Positions 8,723 through 17,419 are shown, counted from the stretch's first letter. The stretch is 62,841 nt of DNA from Anaerolineales bacterium UBA3082 (GCA_002366595.1 DFBK01000006.1:1429-64269); one strand, 5' to 3'. Translations and numbers: made by a program. Notes: generated by a model not told the origin, from the sequence alone.

Positions 8723-9211
8723 GTGGAGAAGAACAGACTAATCGAGATCGCAAGACTGGTAGCCAGCATAATCATTTGCCAGGGGGCGGGTTTGGTTGGC
8801 TCGATTTTCACCACACCCGCCATCCCCACCTGGTACGCAGCCCTGAGAAAGCCATCTTTCAGCCCTCCCAATTGGTTGTTTGCCCCAGTTTGGATTACCC
8901 TCTTTGCGCTCATGGGGGTATCGGCGTTCCTTGTGTGGCGCAAGGGGCTAGGTGATCCCCAGGTCAGAATCGTTCTAGCTATCTTCGTAATCCAATTGAT
9001 TTTGAACACCACGTGGTCGGTGGTATTCTTCGGACTCAGGTCCCCCCTTGGAGGGCTTATTGTCATCGCGGTTCTCTGGGTCGCGATATTGTTGACTATC
9101 CTCAACTTCTTCAAGATATCAACGACAGCGGGGATAGTTCTCATACCTTACATCCTATGGGTGAGTTTCGCTGCCGTCCTCAACCTCTTCATCTGGAGGC
9201 TCAATAGTTGA
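8723..9211 (+). CDS. tspO: TspO/MBR family tryptophan-rich sensory protein
   Basis: WYAALRKPSFSPPNWLFAPVWITLFALMG, NTTWSVVFFGL and PYILWVSFAAVLN are typical TspO motifs. GTG start 8 nt after aaggagg. Confidence 0.88.
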   Translation: MEKNRLIEIARLVASIIICQGAGLVGSIFTTPAIPTWYAALRKPSFSPPNWLFAPVWITLFALMGVSAFLVWRKGLGDPQVRIVLAIFVIQLILNTTWSVVFFGLRSPLGGLIVIAVLWVAILLTILNFFKISTTAGIVLIPYILWVSFAAVLNLFIWRLNS

Positions 9212-9274
9212 GGTTGTGGAGCGTACATGCTAAGTATCTAGAATCTTCTAGGGCCGCTACGCTCGGACCTGGGG

Positions 9275-9381
9275 CTAGCGAATGGTGACGAGCCATCGGT
9301 CTAGCATCGCCTCATTCTTCACCAACTTGCAAGCGCCCATGCCCTTGGGGCGCAAGGTCCGCTTGCTTTTGCGCAACAACT
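9275..9381 (+). repeat. interspersed repeat, copy R4 (first ~107 nt)
   Basis: ctagcgaatggtgacg...ctagcatcgcctcattcttcaccaacttgcaagcgcccatgcccttggggcgcaaggtccgcttgcttttgcgcaacaac. Confidence 0.9.
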
Positions 9382-9713
9382 GGATCAAAATCCGACGACA
9401 GACCAACTGCTGTGGACACCACGGAGAGCCTGGGCCGAAGACGCGGCGAAGGATCGATAGATCGATCGCCTGCCCTGCCCGGGCTCTCCACTGAAATCTT
9501 ATCATCTCCCACAACATCTATCAATGGGAAGATGGTACCATTTCTTGGGCGATAATCGTGATGAGGGGCAGCGCATGAGAATCGGAGGCGACCAACGATG
9601 AACCTCTGCACCATCATCTGGGCCAGTAACAATTCCCAAATCCGGCTGAACCCTCTGCAGCAGGCCGACAAGGGGCCACCACTGATGCCGGAATCCATCG
9701 AGGGAGTAGGCTT

Positions 9714-10004
9714 ATGCCAGCAAAGATTAGCGTAAGCAAAAAGGAGGAGATTACTACTGGATGGGTTTTCGAAGTGGCTATCTCCGAGCGGGGGAGTGAA
9801 ACGGTCCACACGGTTACGCTGAGTAAGACAGACTATGAGCGGCTAACCGAGGGAAAGGCCCCGCCCGAAAGCCTGATAGAGCGCTCCTTTGAGTTCCTTC
9901 TCCAACGGGAGCCCAAAGAATCGATCCTGCGCCGCTTTGACCTCACCAAGATCGGCTTCTACTTCCCCGAATACGAGCGGGAGATCCGCCAGAGGCTCGG
10001 CTAG
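9714..10004 (+). CDS. small hypothetical protein
   Basis: 96-aa ORF with plausible coding composition. No recognisable motif. Confidence 0.45.
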   Translation: MPAKISVSKKEEITTGWVFEVAISERGSETVHTVTLSKTDYERLTEGKAPPESLIERSFEFLLQREPKESILRRFDLTKIGFYFPEYEREIRQRLG

Positions 10005-10010
10005 CCCCTC

Positions 10011-10781
10011 TTACTCCATATCCCCCAACTCATAGAGTATCGCCGCCGCGGCCACCAGCCCCGCCGTCTCGGCCCTCAGTATGCGGGGGCCTAACGTGAC
10101 AGGGATGCCCCCATATCTCTGCCCCTGCTCTACCTCCTGAGGGGTGAACCCCCCTTCCGGGCCGATGAAGAGGTTGATAGAAAAGGGGATGGGCTGGGTG
10201 CCCCTGAGGACGGAGCGCAAACTGTTCTTCTTTGGGGCGGGCATCCCTGAGCCAGCCTCCTCCCAGGGGACGATGGTCAGTCCGCCTCGACTGGCTTCCT
10301 GCCAGGCCTGACGCAGAAGCAAGGCCGACCGCAGGACGGGAAGGCGACCTCGCCTCGACTGCTCCGCCGCCTCTAGGATGATCCGCCTCCACCTCTCAAC
10401 CTTCTTCTCTCCGATATCCTCCAGGCTGGAGATGATACACCGGGCGGCGACCACGGGGACGAAAGCCACCACCCCCACCTCGGTGCACTTTTGTAATACG
10501 CTCTCGAAGGCTCGTCCTCTGAGGAAGGATTGGTAAAGGGTTATCTTAGTGCGAGGCTCGCTTTCAGCCAGGCTCTTCTGCAGGATCTGCCCCACTACCC
10601 GCTCCCGGCTCATCTCGCCCAGTTCCACCTGGTATTCCCAACCCGAGTTATCGAGGAGGATGACCCGGTCGCCCGGCTTCAAGCGGAGGACATTCCTTAC
10701 CTGGTGAGTCAGGGGGCCGGTGATCTCCACCCCTTCCCCCTGAAGCCATTCTGGGGGGATAAAGAAACGGTGTAGATGCAT
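10011..10781 (-). CDS. rsmE: 16S rRNA (uracil1498-N3)-methyltransferase RsmE
   Basis: MHLHRFFIP...H.VRVLRLKPGD N-terminus and C-terminal FIGPEGGFTPQEV...LGPRILRAETA SPOUT motif. Confidence 0.9.
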   Translation of the reverse strand: MHLHRFFIPPEWLQGEGVEITGPLTHQVRNVLRLKPGDRVILLDNSGWEYQVELGEMSRERVVGQILQKSLAESEPRTKITLYQSFLRGRAFESVLQKCTEVGVVAFVPVVAARCIISSLEDIGEKKVERWRRIILEAAEQSRRGRLPVLRSALLLRQAWQEASRGGLTIVPWEEAGSGMPAPKKNSLRSVLRGTQPIPFSINLFIGPEGGFTPQEVEQGQRYGGIPVTLGPRILRAETAGLVAAAAILYELGDME

Positions 10782-10799
10782 CCTGGCGGGGGAATCGAC

Positions 10800-11663
10800 T
10801 TACTTCCCCTCTCTCCTTCCTATCAGAGTGACCCAATCGCCCTTCTGAAGAGGGCTCAACTCCTTGAGCCCCCACTCTCTAAGGGTCTTCCTTACTTCCT
10901 CTTCTTCAGAAGCCATGATTCCGGCGGCGATGAGGAGACCCCCTGGCTTCAGGTGATCGAGGAGGCCCTTTTCTATAAGATCGGCTATCGTCCGGGCCAG
11001 GATGTTCACCACTATCAGATCGAAGAGGATTCCCTCCGCCATCTCCAGCGATCCCTCTTTCACCTTCACCGCCCTACCGACGCCGTTAGCCAGCACGTTC
11101 TCCTTCGCTATCTTCACCGCCAAGGGGTTGGTATCCAGGGCTAGGACGGTGCTGGCTCCCAGTTTGGCGGCGGCGATAGCCAAGATGCCGGAGCCGGTAC
11201 CCAGGTCGAGGACCTTCGCCCCGCGGGAGAGGTGCTCTTCTAAGGCTTCCAGGCACATGCGGGTAGTGGGGTGGAGCCCCGTCCCGAAGGCCATCCCTGG
11301 ATCGAGGGTGATGACCACCTCACCGTTAGTGGGGAGATACCTCTGCCATGAAGGAGATACTGCCAAGCGACGGCCGATATGCTGGGGCTCGTAATGGGCT
11401 TTCCACGCCTCGGCCCACTCCTCTTCTTTCACTTCTCTCACCTGGGGCTCGGGCAAGGGCCTTATCTGCCCCAGATGCCAGAGGGCTTCGTAAAGGGGCT
11501 TCAACCTCTGGTCGTGCATGGGGGTGAACGTTTTCACGGTTACCAGGGGGTCATCAGGCCAGGCCTCCACCACCGCTCCTCCCTCTCCGTACTGGTTGAA
11601 GAGTTCGCTTATCGCTTCTGCGCTCTCTTCATCAACCCGAAGGCTTATCTCCAGCCAGTTCAA
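10800..11663 (-). CDS. prmA: ribosomal protein L11 methyltransferase PrmA
   Basis: ITLDPGMAFGTGLHPTTRMCLE, VLDLGTGSGILAIAAAKLGA and VVNILA motifs. Confidence 0.92.
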   Translation of the reverse strand: MNWLEISLRVDEESAEAISELFNQYGEGGAVVEAWPDDPLVTVKTFTPMHDQRLKPLYEALWHLGQIRPLPEPQVREVKEEEWAEAWKAHYEPQHIGRRLAVSPSWQRYLPTNGEVVITLDPGMAFGTGLHPTTRMCLEALEEHLSRGAKVLDLGTGSGILAIAAAKLGASTVLALDTNPLAVKIAKENVLANGVGRAVKVKEGSLEMAEGILFDLIVVNILARTIADLIEKGLLDHLKPGGLLIAAGIMASEEEEVRKTLREWGLKELSPLQKGDWVTLIGRREGK

Positions 11664-11687
11664 GGTCTTGCCTTTCGTGGAGAGAAG

Positions 11688-12797
11688 TTAGAGGTTGAGA
11701 GCATCCCTTATCCTATTCAAGAACCCCTTCTCGCTCTGGGGGATGACCTCTTTGCCCAGGCTCTTGGACAATCGCTTGAGGAGTTCTCGCTGTTCCTCGG
11801 TGAGGTTGGTGGGGGTGACCACATAGACGGTAACCAACTGGTCGCCACGGCCATCGCCTCTCAGGTGGGGGATACCCCTATTTTTTAGCCTGAAGGTCTC
11901 GCCCGTCTGGGTGCCCGCGGGGATGGCGAGGGTAGTCGTGCCCTCCAAGGTGGGCACCTCCACCTCATCGCCCAGGGCAGCCTGGGCTATATTGATGGGC
12001 AACTCCAGGAAGATGTTGGAGTCTTGCCGCTTGAAATAGCGATGCCTCTTGACTGAGAGGTGCACATAGAGGTTTCCGGGCGGCCCACCCCATAAGCCCG
12101 CTTCTCCCTCCCCATCCAGGCGGAGTCGGACTCCGGAATCAACGCCTGCGGGGGTAGTCACCTCTAGCGTCTTAGTGACGCGGACGCGCCTATCCCCTCG
12201 GCACTCCCCACAGGCGGTGACCACCACTTCCCCCTCCCCGTGGCAGCGAGGGCAGGTGGTCATACTGACGAAGGAGCCGAACAAAGACTGGCGGACATGG
12301 CGCACCTGACCTGTGCCCTGGCACTCGGGGCACCTTATGGGCTCCGTGCCCGGCTCAGCGCCGGTGCCGTGGCAGCGGGGGCAGGTATCCAAGCGGGAGA
12401 CCTCTATCTCCTTCTCGCAGCCGAAAACCGCCTCCTCGAACTCCAAGGTAAGGTCATAGCGGAGGTCCGAGCCCCGCTGAGCGCGGGCCCGGGGACCGCG
12501 AGGCCGCATCCCGAAGCCGAAGAAGTCCTCGAATATATCGCTCAAGCCGCCGAAGCCCATGTCGCCGAAGCCACCCATATCCGCGCGGCCGAAGCGGTCG
12601 TAGTTGGCCCGCTTCTGGGGGTCGTTTAGCACCTGGTAGGCCTCGTTTATCTCCTTGAAGCGGGCCTCGGCATTGGGGGATTTGTTCACATCAGGGTGGT
12701 ACTGGCGGGCCAGGTGGCGATAAGCCCGCTTTATATCATCTTGCGCGGCGTTCCGAGGGACGCCCAATATCTCGTAGAAATCGCGTCTAGCGCTCAT
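11688..12797 (-). CDS. dnaJ: molecular chaperone DnaJ
   Basis: J domain (DFYEILGVPRNA...YHPD), G/F region and four CxxCxGxG zinc-finger repeats. Confidence 0.97.
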   Translation of the reverse strand: MSARRDFYEILGVPRNAAQDDIKRAYRHLARQYHPDVNKSPNAEARFKEINEAYQVLNDPQKRANYDRFGRADMGGFGDMGFGGLSDIFEDFFGFGMRPRGPRARAQRGSDLRYDLTLEFEEAVFGCEKEIEVSRLDTCPRCHGTGAEPGTEPIRCPECQGTGQVRHVRQSLFGSFVSMTTCPRCHGEGEVVVTACGECRGDRRVRVTKTLEVTTPAGVDSGVRLRLDGEGEAGLWGGPPGNLYVHLSVKRHRYFKRQDSNIFLELPINIAQAALGDEVEVPTLEGTTTLAIPAGTQTGETFRLKNRGIPHLRGDGRGDQLVTVYVVTPTNLTEEQRELLKRLSKSLGKEVIPQSEKGFLNRIRDALNL

Positions 12798-12834
12798 AGG
12801 CCAGTTAATAAATCTAGTTCTTTAAGAGGGAGCC

Positions 12835-13074
12835 TCACGCTTCGCGGTAGGCTTCCAAGAACTCGTCTCTCGAGATCCTTGCCTGGGTGCAGATGGCTCG
12901 TAGCGTTGAGCCTTTTATCTTGGGGTGATTAGGCATGGTTAGCGGCGTTTGGGTGCCGTCGGGGTTCTCATGCACCATAGAGATATGTTCCTTTTCACGA
13001 ACCAATCGGAAGCCGAGGTGTCTCAGGGCTTTGACCACCTTTCGCCTTGGTGCATCCACTGGCCATTTGGCCAT
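12835..13074 (-). CDS. hicA: HicA-family toxin (YcfA-like)
   Basis: 79 aa. KALRHLGFRLVRE..HISM...LTMPNHPKIKGSTLRAI pattern. Start overlaps the stop of the upstream HicB-like gene. Confidence 0.7.
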   Translation of the reverse strand: MAKWPVDAPRRKVVKALRHLGFRLVREKEHISMVHENPDGTQTPLTMPNHPKIKGSTLRAICTQARISRDEFLEAYREA

Positions 13075-13298
13075 TAGATAGACACCCCTGTCTCGGCAAC
13101 AAAGGCTTCAATGACTGGTGAGTCGGTCTCAAGAACCTCTTCGCCGAAGGTCTCAATATGAAAACGGATGGCCGATTTCACATCAGCCAGAGCCTCTTCG
13201 TAAGTATTCCCCTGGCCGACGACAACCCCTTTCAGTCCCAGCGGATATGCTATGTAGCCATCGGAATGTTTTTCAACCACTACCTTGAACTGTCGCAC
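13074..13298 (-). CDS. hicB: HicB-family antitoxin (UPF0150-like)
   Basis: 74 aa. FKVVVEKHSDGYIAYPLGLKGVVVGQGNTYEEALADVKSAIRFHIE is the typical UPF0150/HicB fold signature. Confidence 0.7.
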   Translation of the reverse strand: MRQFKVVVEKHSDGYIAYPLGLKGVVVGQGNTYEEALADVKSAIRFHIETFGEEVLETDSPVIEAFVAETGVSI

Positions 13299-13313
13299 CG
13301 TAGTATCCTCCTC

Positions 13314-13514
13314 TCAACGCTCTTGCTCAATCTCACTAATGGCTTGATCGAAGGGGATGGCTTCGTCCTTTGCTGCCTTGGCAGCATCATAGGCGCGGAT
13401 CGATTCCAGTTCCTCCAACTCCTCTGGTAACCTCTGATACTCATCTATACCGAGAAGCACCCCTACCCGTTTTCCCTTCTCATCAATTATGTATTTTCCG
13501 TTAAGAGAAGCCAT
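13314..13514 (-). CDS. Phd/RelB-like small antitoxin without an adjacent cognate toxin
   Basis: 66 aa. YIIDEKGKRVGVLLGIDEYQRLPEELEELESIRAYDAAKA...IPFDQAISEIE resembles antitoxins normally paired with RelE/ParE toxins. Confidence 0.55.
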   Translation of the reverse strand: MASLNGKYIIDEKGKRVGVLLGIDEYQRLPEELEELESIRAYDAAKAAKDEAIPFDQAISEIEQER

Positions 13515-13710
13515 GGTCTATCTCCTCTAACACATATTATATGCGAGGTTCAGTTGATATTCCTCTCATATCCAATCCTACCGCGACTGGGTTTTACCGG
13601 CTGAAGCCTCCAATCCTCTTCACGTTTCCGTAGCGGCGCCCTTCAGGGCGACGATCTTCCCCGTCAGGCTAAAGCCCCTGGCCCACATCAGCCAGGACAG
13701 GCCGACGCTA

Positions 13711-13753
13711 CTGAAGCCTCGATTCCATTGTAACACTAGGGATTGGAACCTTT
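13711..13753. repeat. ~43-bp repeat U, copy 1
   Basis: ctgaagcctcgattccattgtaacactagggattggaaccttt. Recurs at 14657-14699 and 14829-14870. Confidence 0.9.
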
Positions 13754-13796
13754 CCCACAGGGATCCTGTAAGGATAGGCGGACCTCCTATTCACAT

Positions 13797-13821
13797 GATA
13801 ATCGCATCTAGCGCTCATAGG
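13797..13821 (-). repeat. duplicated dnaJ 5'-end fragment, copy 1
   Basis: atcgcatctagcgctcatagg matches the genuine dnaJ start region atcgcgtctagcgctcatagg (12780-12800), including the start codon. Confidence 0.85.
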
Positions 13822-13876
13822 TCAACTGACCGATTCACGCAACAGCGTAACGCCGCCTCGATCATGTTGGCGCTGC

Positions 13877-14116
13877 TCAAGGGATATCTATGAATTCAGC
13901 AAAGGCTTGCGGCTCAGGAACAGGTAGGTTGTCTCCCCACAATCCTCGTACGTGCATTTCGACGGCTTCTTGCATGTTGCGCTTGACTTCCTCACGGGTT
14001 TTGCCCGTCGCCACACAACCGGGCGGGTCAGACGAGTACACCGAGTAGTTTCCATTTGCCTTTTCAACCACAATCAGAAAACGATACATAGGGAGTTGTT
14101 TCAAAGTTTCTCCCAC
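13877..14116 (-). CDS. HicB-like (UPF0150) antitoxin-type protein
   Basis: YRFLIVVEKANGNYSVYSSDPPGCVATGKTREEVKRNMQEAVEMHV. The start may be the internal Met at 14089. Confidence 0.65.
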   Translation of the reverse strand: MGETLKQLPMYRFLIVVEKANGNYSVYSSDPPGCVATGKTREEVKRNMQEAVEMHVRGLWGDNLPVPEPQAFAEFIDIP

Positions 14117-14322
14117 ACTTCTCTTTTGATTTCGGCCTGCTTTAGAATTCTGGAAAGCAACTCTTTTCCGATGTCTTTTTGGTGAGGGTTGGGAATGCGC
14201 AGAGTGATATCACCCTTGACCATAAATTGGTGCTTGCCTCCAGCATAAGGGCCTTCAAAGCCCAGTTCTCTCAGGTATCGAATCAAGTCTCCTCGCTTTA
14301 TGGGCCCAAAACGAGGCATCAA
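14101..14322 (-). CDS. hicA: HicA-family toxin
   Basis: 73 aa. LIRYLRELGFEGPYAGGKHQFMVKGDITLRIPNPHQKDIGKELLSRILKQA is a classic HicA pattern. Confidence 0.8.
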   Translation of the reverse strand: MMPRFGPIKRGDLIRYLRELGFEGPYAGGKHQFMVKGDITLRIPNPHQKDIGKELLSRILKQAEIKREVWEKL

Positions 14323-14561
14323 ACAACTTCCTTGATGGTCAACTCGATGCCATCAACGACTGGCAAGGGCAGGTTGCGCGATATTCGGAAAAGTATCCAG
14401 GCTTCTAAAGCCTCTTCCAATTCGTCGCGACATGCTTCAAGGGTGCTGGCATTAGCATAGATACCCTGGAAGCCATGGATTTCGCCGTAGAAGGTATTAT
14501 CATCGGGAAGGATTTCATACCTGGCCTTTTGCATCGCCGCACGGATATATCTGGTTAACAT
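14319..14561 (-). CDS. hicB: HicB-family antitoxin
   Basis: 80 aa. YIRAAMQKARYEILPDDNTFYGEIHGFQGIYANASTLEACRDELEEALEAWIL pattern. Overlaps the hicA start by 4 nt. Confidence 0.7.
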   Translation of the reverse strand: MLTRYIRAAMQKARYEILPDDNTFYGEIHGFQGIYANASTLEACRDELEEALEAWILFRISRNLPLPVVDGIELTIKEVV

Positions 14562-14656
14562 ATTGATGCCTCCTCAAGAACACCACTATCATTATATGCG
14601 AAGTTCAATTTATGTTCCTCTTATCTCCAACTCTACCGGGAGTGGTGTTTTGCCGG

Positions 14657-14699
14657 CTGAAGCCTCGATTCCATTGCAATCCGAGGGATTGAAGCCTTT
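14657..14699. repeat. repeat U, copy 2
   Basis: ctgaagcctcgattccattgcaatccgagggattgaagccttt. Confidence 0.85.
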
Positions 14700-14717
14700 A
14701 GGCGGAACTTCTATCCT

Positions 14718-14762
14718 GGGAACGCCCAGTATCTCGTAGAAATCGCGTCTAGCGCTCATAGG
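14718..14762 (-). repeat. duplicated dnaJ 5'-end fragment, copy 2 (45 bp)
   Basis: gggaacgcccagtatctcgtagaaatcgcgtctagcgctcatagg versus genuine gggacgcccaatatctcgtagaaatcgcgtctagcgctcatagg (12757-12800). Confidence 0.92.
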
Positions 14763-14828
14763 CTAACTGGTTAGTGTTTGCCGGCTGTCCTTACAGGATC
14801 CCTGTCCCGCAGGGATCCCGAGGGATGG

Positions 14829-14870
14829 GAAAGCCTCGATTCCATTGTAACACTAGGGATTGGAGCCTTT
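14829..14870. repeat. repeat U, copy 3
   Basis: gaaagcctcgattccattgtaacactagggattggagccttt. Confidence 0.9.
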
Positions 14871-14886
14871 AGGCGGAACTTCTACC

Positions 14887-14908
14887 AGAAATCGCGTCTA
14901 GCGCTCAT
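14887..14908 (-). repeat. duplicated dnaJ 5'-end fragment, copy 3
   Basis: agaaatcgcgtctagcgctcat is identical to 12776-12797. Confidence 0.9.
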
Positions 14909-14937
14909 GAATTATTAACCGACCATAGTTCAACTAC

Positions 14938-16374
14938 TTAGCCACTGGAAGAGGCCGGCAAGGCGAGTTCGTATCGGCCTATGACTTCCTGTTTGTCAAA
15001 AAGATATGCGTTCTTAGTAGCGGTATTTACCAGCAAGAGAGCGTGCGGAATCACTTTTAAGAGTTCATAACTAGCTAGCCGATGAATCGGGGAGTCGGTT
15101 TTCCTATTCATGCATATCACAGCCATGTGAGGCCCGGTTTCCCAGGTCGAGATGATGTCCTTCTTGAAGCTACCCGAAGTCTCAACCTCAATTGCTGCAA
15201 ACACATCACCGTCGGCGTCTAGCCAAACGCAGTCAACTCGGGAGCCCTTGACAGAGTATTCGGTCATCGGCACAAACCCAGACTCCGATCCTATGCGTGC
15301 CAGGGCCTTGATGTAGCGCTTATGATCGTCACCCTGTTCCATTCGACAGTATGTTTCTAGGCTAGTCATAATCCGCCTGACCAAGGCATTGATGTCGCCC
15401 TCTATCTCCCTATCATATGCATATTCGAAGATTCGACCCTCGTCTATGACGATCAGATCGACCCCGCCTTTCAGATACTCGACTACCTTTGAGTCTGTTC
15501 GTTGCTTGGAACCCAGGGGCGGATGTACTGATATGAGCACGCGAGCTTTGTCAAGGAGTACAAATCCGCGCCACCACTCCCCTAGAACGTAGGAGATGTC
15601 GGGATCAGCCTCCCGAAGCAATTGCACAACGAGAGCGAGGCGCCACTTGCAGTAGTTCTCCCCGTGTTGATACCCCGGTGTCAGACTTGGAATGGGCCCA
15701 TACTTGCAAGCGACTCGTTCGATGTCAGAGCGACAACCTTCGCAGCAAAAGTATAGATAGGTTGTGGTTCTTCTTACGGGGATGCTTGGGAGGTCATGCA
15801 GTGCCTCGGACGGATGATCTCTCGTACGCTCTTGCTTGGTAAGCCTAATTGCACTCTGAAGCAACTCCTTTTCGGGGTTCAAGAAACTCAGGTGTGCACA
15901 AGAATCTATTCCGCCATCAAATTCTTTGAAAACCTCTTGGAGTCCAAGTTCGCGGAGCAGCCTTGGCTCAACCGCAAGGGGAACTTGGTAGAAATGTGGC
16001 ACGCCCGCGTCTACCTTTCTGGTTCCAGACATCCATCCTCCAGGCAGATTCGCTAGCCGGGCAAGCACAGGCACCCTCTCCGCTGTCTTGATCCATATGT
16101 CACTTGAGGCCGTCTCTTTGATAATCGAAAAGACCTTATGCGTTCTAAGAAAAGCAATGGCCTTTCGCGCCACTTCCAGCTGCTGGTCGTCCAAGTTGTA
16201 GCTCAGCCGCTTGTCAAATGGTGCGTCACATAACTTGCAAAGTTCCTTAGGCACCCCATCTTGACTTATGCGCTTTCCTGTTGCCCGTTCCAATGCTGGG
16301 TACTTTTTCACAAGTTGGATTATCTCAGTTCTATCCATCGTTTCCTCTGAAGCGCTTTGGTTGTTCCTTGTCAA
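14938..16374 (-). CDS. uncharacterised 478-aa protein with a PD-(D/E)xK-like C-terminal region
   Basis: Long ORF with GC lower than its flanks. Cys clusters CKLCD and CCEGC...C. The C-terminal GSRVDCVWLDADGDVFAAIEVETSGSFKKD resembles a restriction-endonuclease-fold D...ExE...K core. Confidence 0.6.
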   Translation of the reverse strand: MTRNNQSASEETMDRTEIIQLVKKYPALERATGKRISQDGVPKELCKLCDAPFDKRLSYNLDDQQLEVARKAIAFLRTHKVFSIIKETASSDIWIKTAERVPVLARLANLPGGWMSGTRKVDAGVPHFYQVPLAVEPRLLRELGLQEVFKEFDGGIDSCAHLSFLNPEKELLQSAIRLTKQERTRDHPSEALHDLPSIPVRRTTTYLYFCCEGCRSDIERVACKYGPIPSLTPGYQHGENYCKWRLALVVQLLREADPDISYVLGEWWRGFVLLDKARVLISVHPPLGSKQRTDSKVVEYLKGGVDLIVIDEGRIFEYAYDREIEGDINALVRRIMTSLETYCRMEQGDDHKRYIKALARIGSESGFVPMTEYSVKGSRVDCVWLDADGDVFAAIEVETSGSFKKDIISTWETGPHMAVICMNRKTDSPIHRLASYELLKVIPHALLLVNTATKNAYLFDKQEVIGRYELALPASSSG

Positions 16375-16411
16375 TAGGCGTCATAGAGCGTGGACCGGTG
16401 GTGCAAAATGC

Positions 16412-17398
16412 TTAGATGCGCATTGAAATGGCTGCGTCGATACTCTGACAGATGAAATCAGTGGTGTCCAACGGCAGAGGACGTGTCGCCCTCGGATTTC
16501 GCCACAAACTCGACTGGTATCGCTGGCTTCCGGATCTTCTCCACTTGGAGGCAAACACAACCGCCGAAAGTGATGGATGTAAACCACGCCTAACTTCTCT
16601 ATCCAGATAACTTGTAGCTTCGGGGAACTCGGTATCTTCTTTAGCGTGGCTCTCGCTAAAGAGTACAAGAAGATTAATCTCATTCGGGATGGCCTGTCGC
16701 AGTTTTCCCTCGATCTTGGAACGTAGCCCCTCCTCATGGTGTGGATAGCCAACGAGCTTCGAATGGTATGCTCGCAGCAGTTCCGTCACATGGGTGTCTT
16801 CGCGAAGGCGCGTGACCTCTACAAACATTCGCTTTTCGGCAAAGTCAACTCGCTGGTCAGGTCCGGCCGCCCCGCAAGGACGGAACACCACCGCCGAGTC
16901 TGGTGTGGCAAAACCAAGCGTGACCTTGCCCTCAAAGAAATGATCTAGGAATCCCTGTTCATCGCCAATGGAGTTTCCTAAGTCGCGAAGATACGCGGGT
17001 ATACCTTCTATCGAGGCCTTGAGAAGATTCTCTTCCATCCGTTGCATCCTCACACACTGACCCAACATGAGAATTCCACGCGCAATATGGTCCTCCCCGT
17101 TCAAATCAAGCAACTCCTTGAAGAGACGATGTTGTTTTAGTCGCTGAACACTCCAACCAAAGTCTGGATGTGCTACAAGAGCTGTCCCTAGTTTGGCTTG
17201 GCGGTTCTGGTCGCTAATGACCACTGCCAGCCAGGCCTCTCGTGACTCCGTGTCTAGGTCAGGGCAAGCTCCACAGGCTGCTGAGAAATTCCGATACGTT
17301 TGCAAGGTGTCTAATAGATGAAGGCAAGTCTTAAGTTCACGTGGCGGCTGCGTACAAATAAACTTCTTGAACCGTGTAAAAGAATTATGCCCGGCCAT
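16412..17398 (-). CDS. uncharacterised 328-aa protein, first gene of a two-gene module
   Basis: Intact ORF 37 nt upstream of 14938-16374 on the same strand. No motif recognised beyond a possible GPDQRVDF...VEVTRL acidic core. Confidence 0.55.
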   Translation of the reverse strand: MAGHNSFTRFKKFICTQPPRELKTCLHLLDTLQTYRNFSAACGACPDLDTESREAWLAVVISDQNRQAKLGTALVAHPDFGWSVQRLKQHRLFKELLDLNGEDHIARGILMLGQCVRMQRMEENLLKASIEGIPAYLRDLGNSIGDEQGFLDHFFEGKVTLGFATPDSAVVFRPCGAAGPDQRVDFAEKRMFVEVTRLREDTHVTELLRAYHSKLVGYPHHEEGLRSKIEGKLRQAIPNEINLLVLFSESHAKEDTEFPEATSYLDREVRRGLHPSLSAVVFASKWRRSGSQRYQSSLWRNPRATRPLPLDTTDFICQSIDAAISMRI

Positions 17399-17419
17399 GA
17401 GTTGACCTACAATAGCGCA

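Noticed and set aside
9312-9809. 165-aa minus-strand ORF spanning repeat copy R4 and the start of the 9714 ORF.
   Set aside because: It runs through the non-coding repeat element and overlaps a better-supported plus-strand ORF start. It has no motif and low-complexity composition. The 9420-9700 stretch may be a decayed gene fragment, but I could not identify it.
13711-14870. The ~43-bp repeat U (…cgattccattgtaacactagggattggaac…) superficially resembles a CRISPR repeat, with a 3' end similar to the common ...AGGGATTGAAAC. It occurs three times.
   Set aside because: There are only three copies, with very irregular spacing (~950 bp and ~170 bp). The intervening DNA contains genes and dnaJ fragments rather than 30-40-nt spacers. 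No cas genes or leader are present. At most it is a relic, so it is reported as part of the composite repeat instead.
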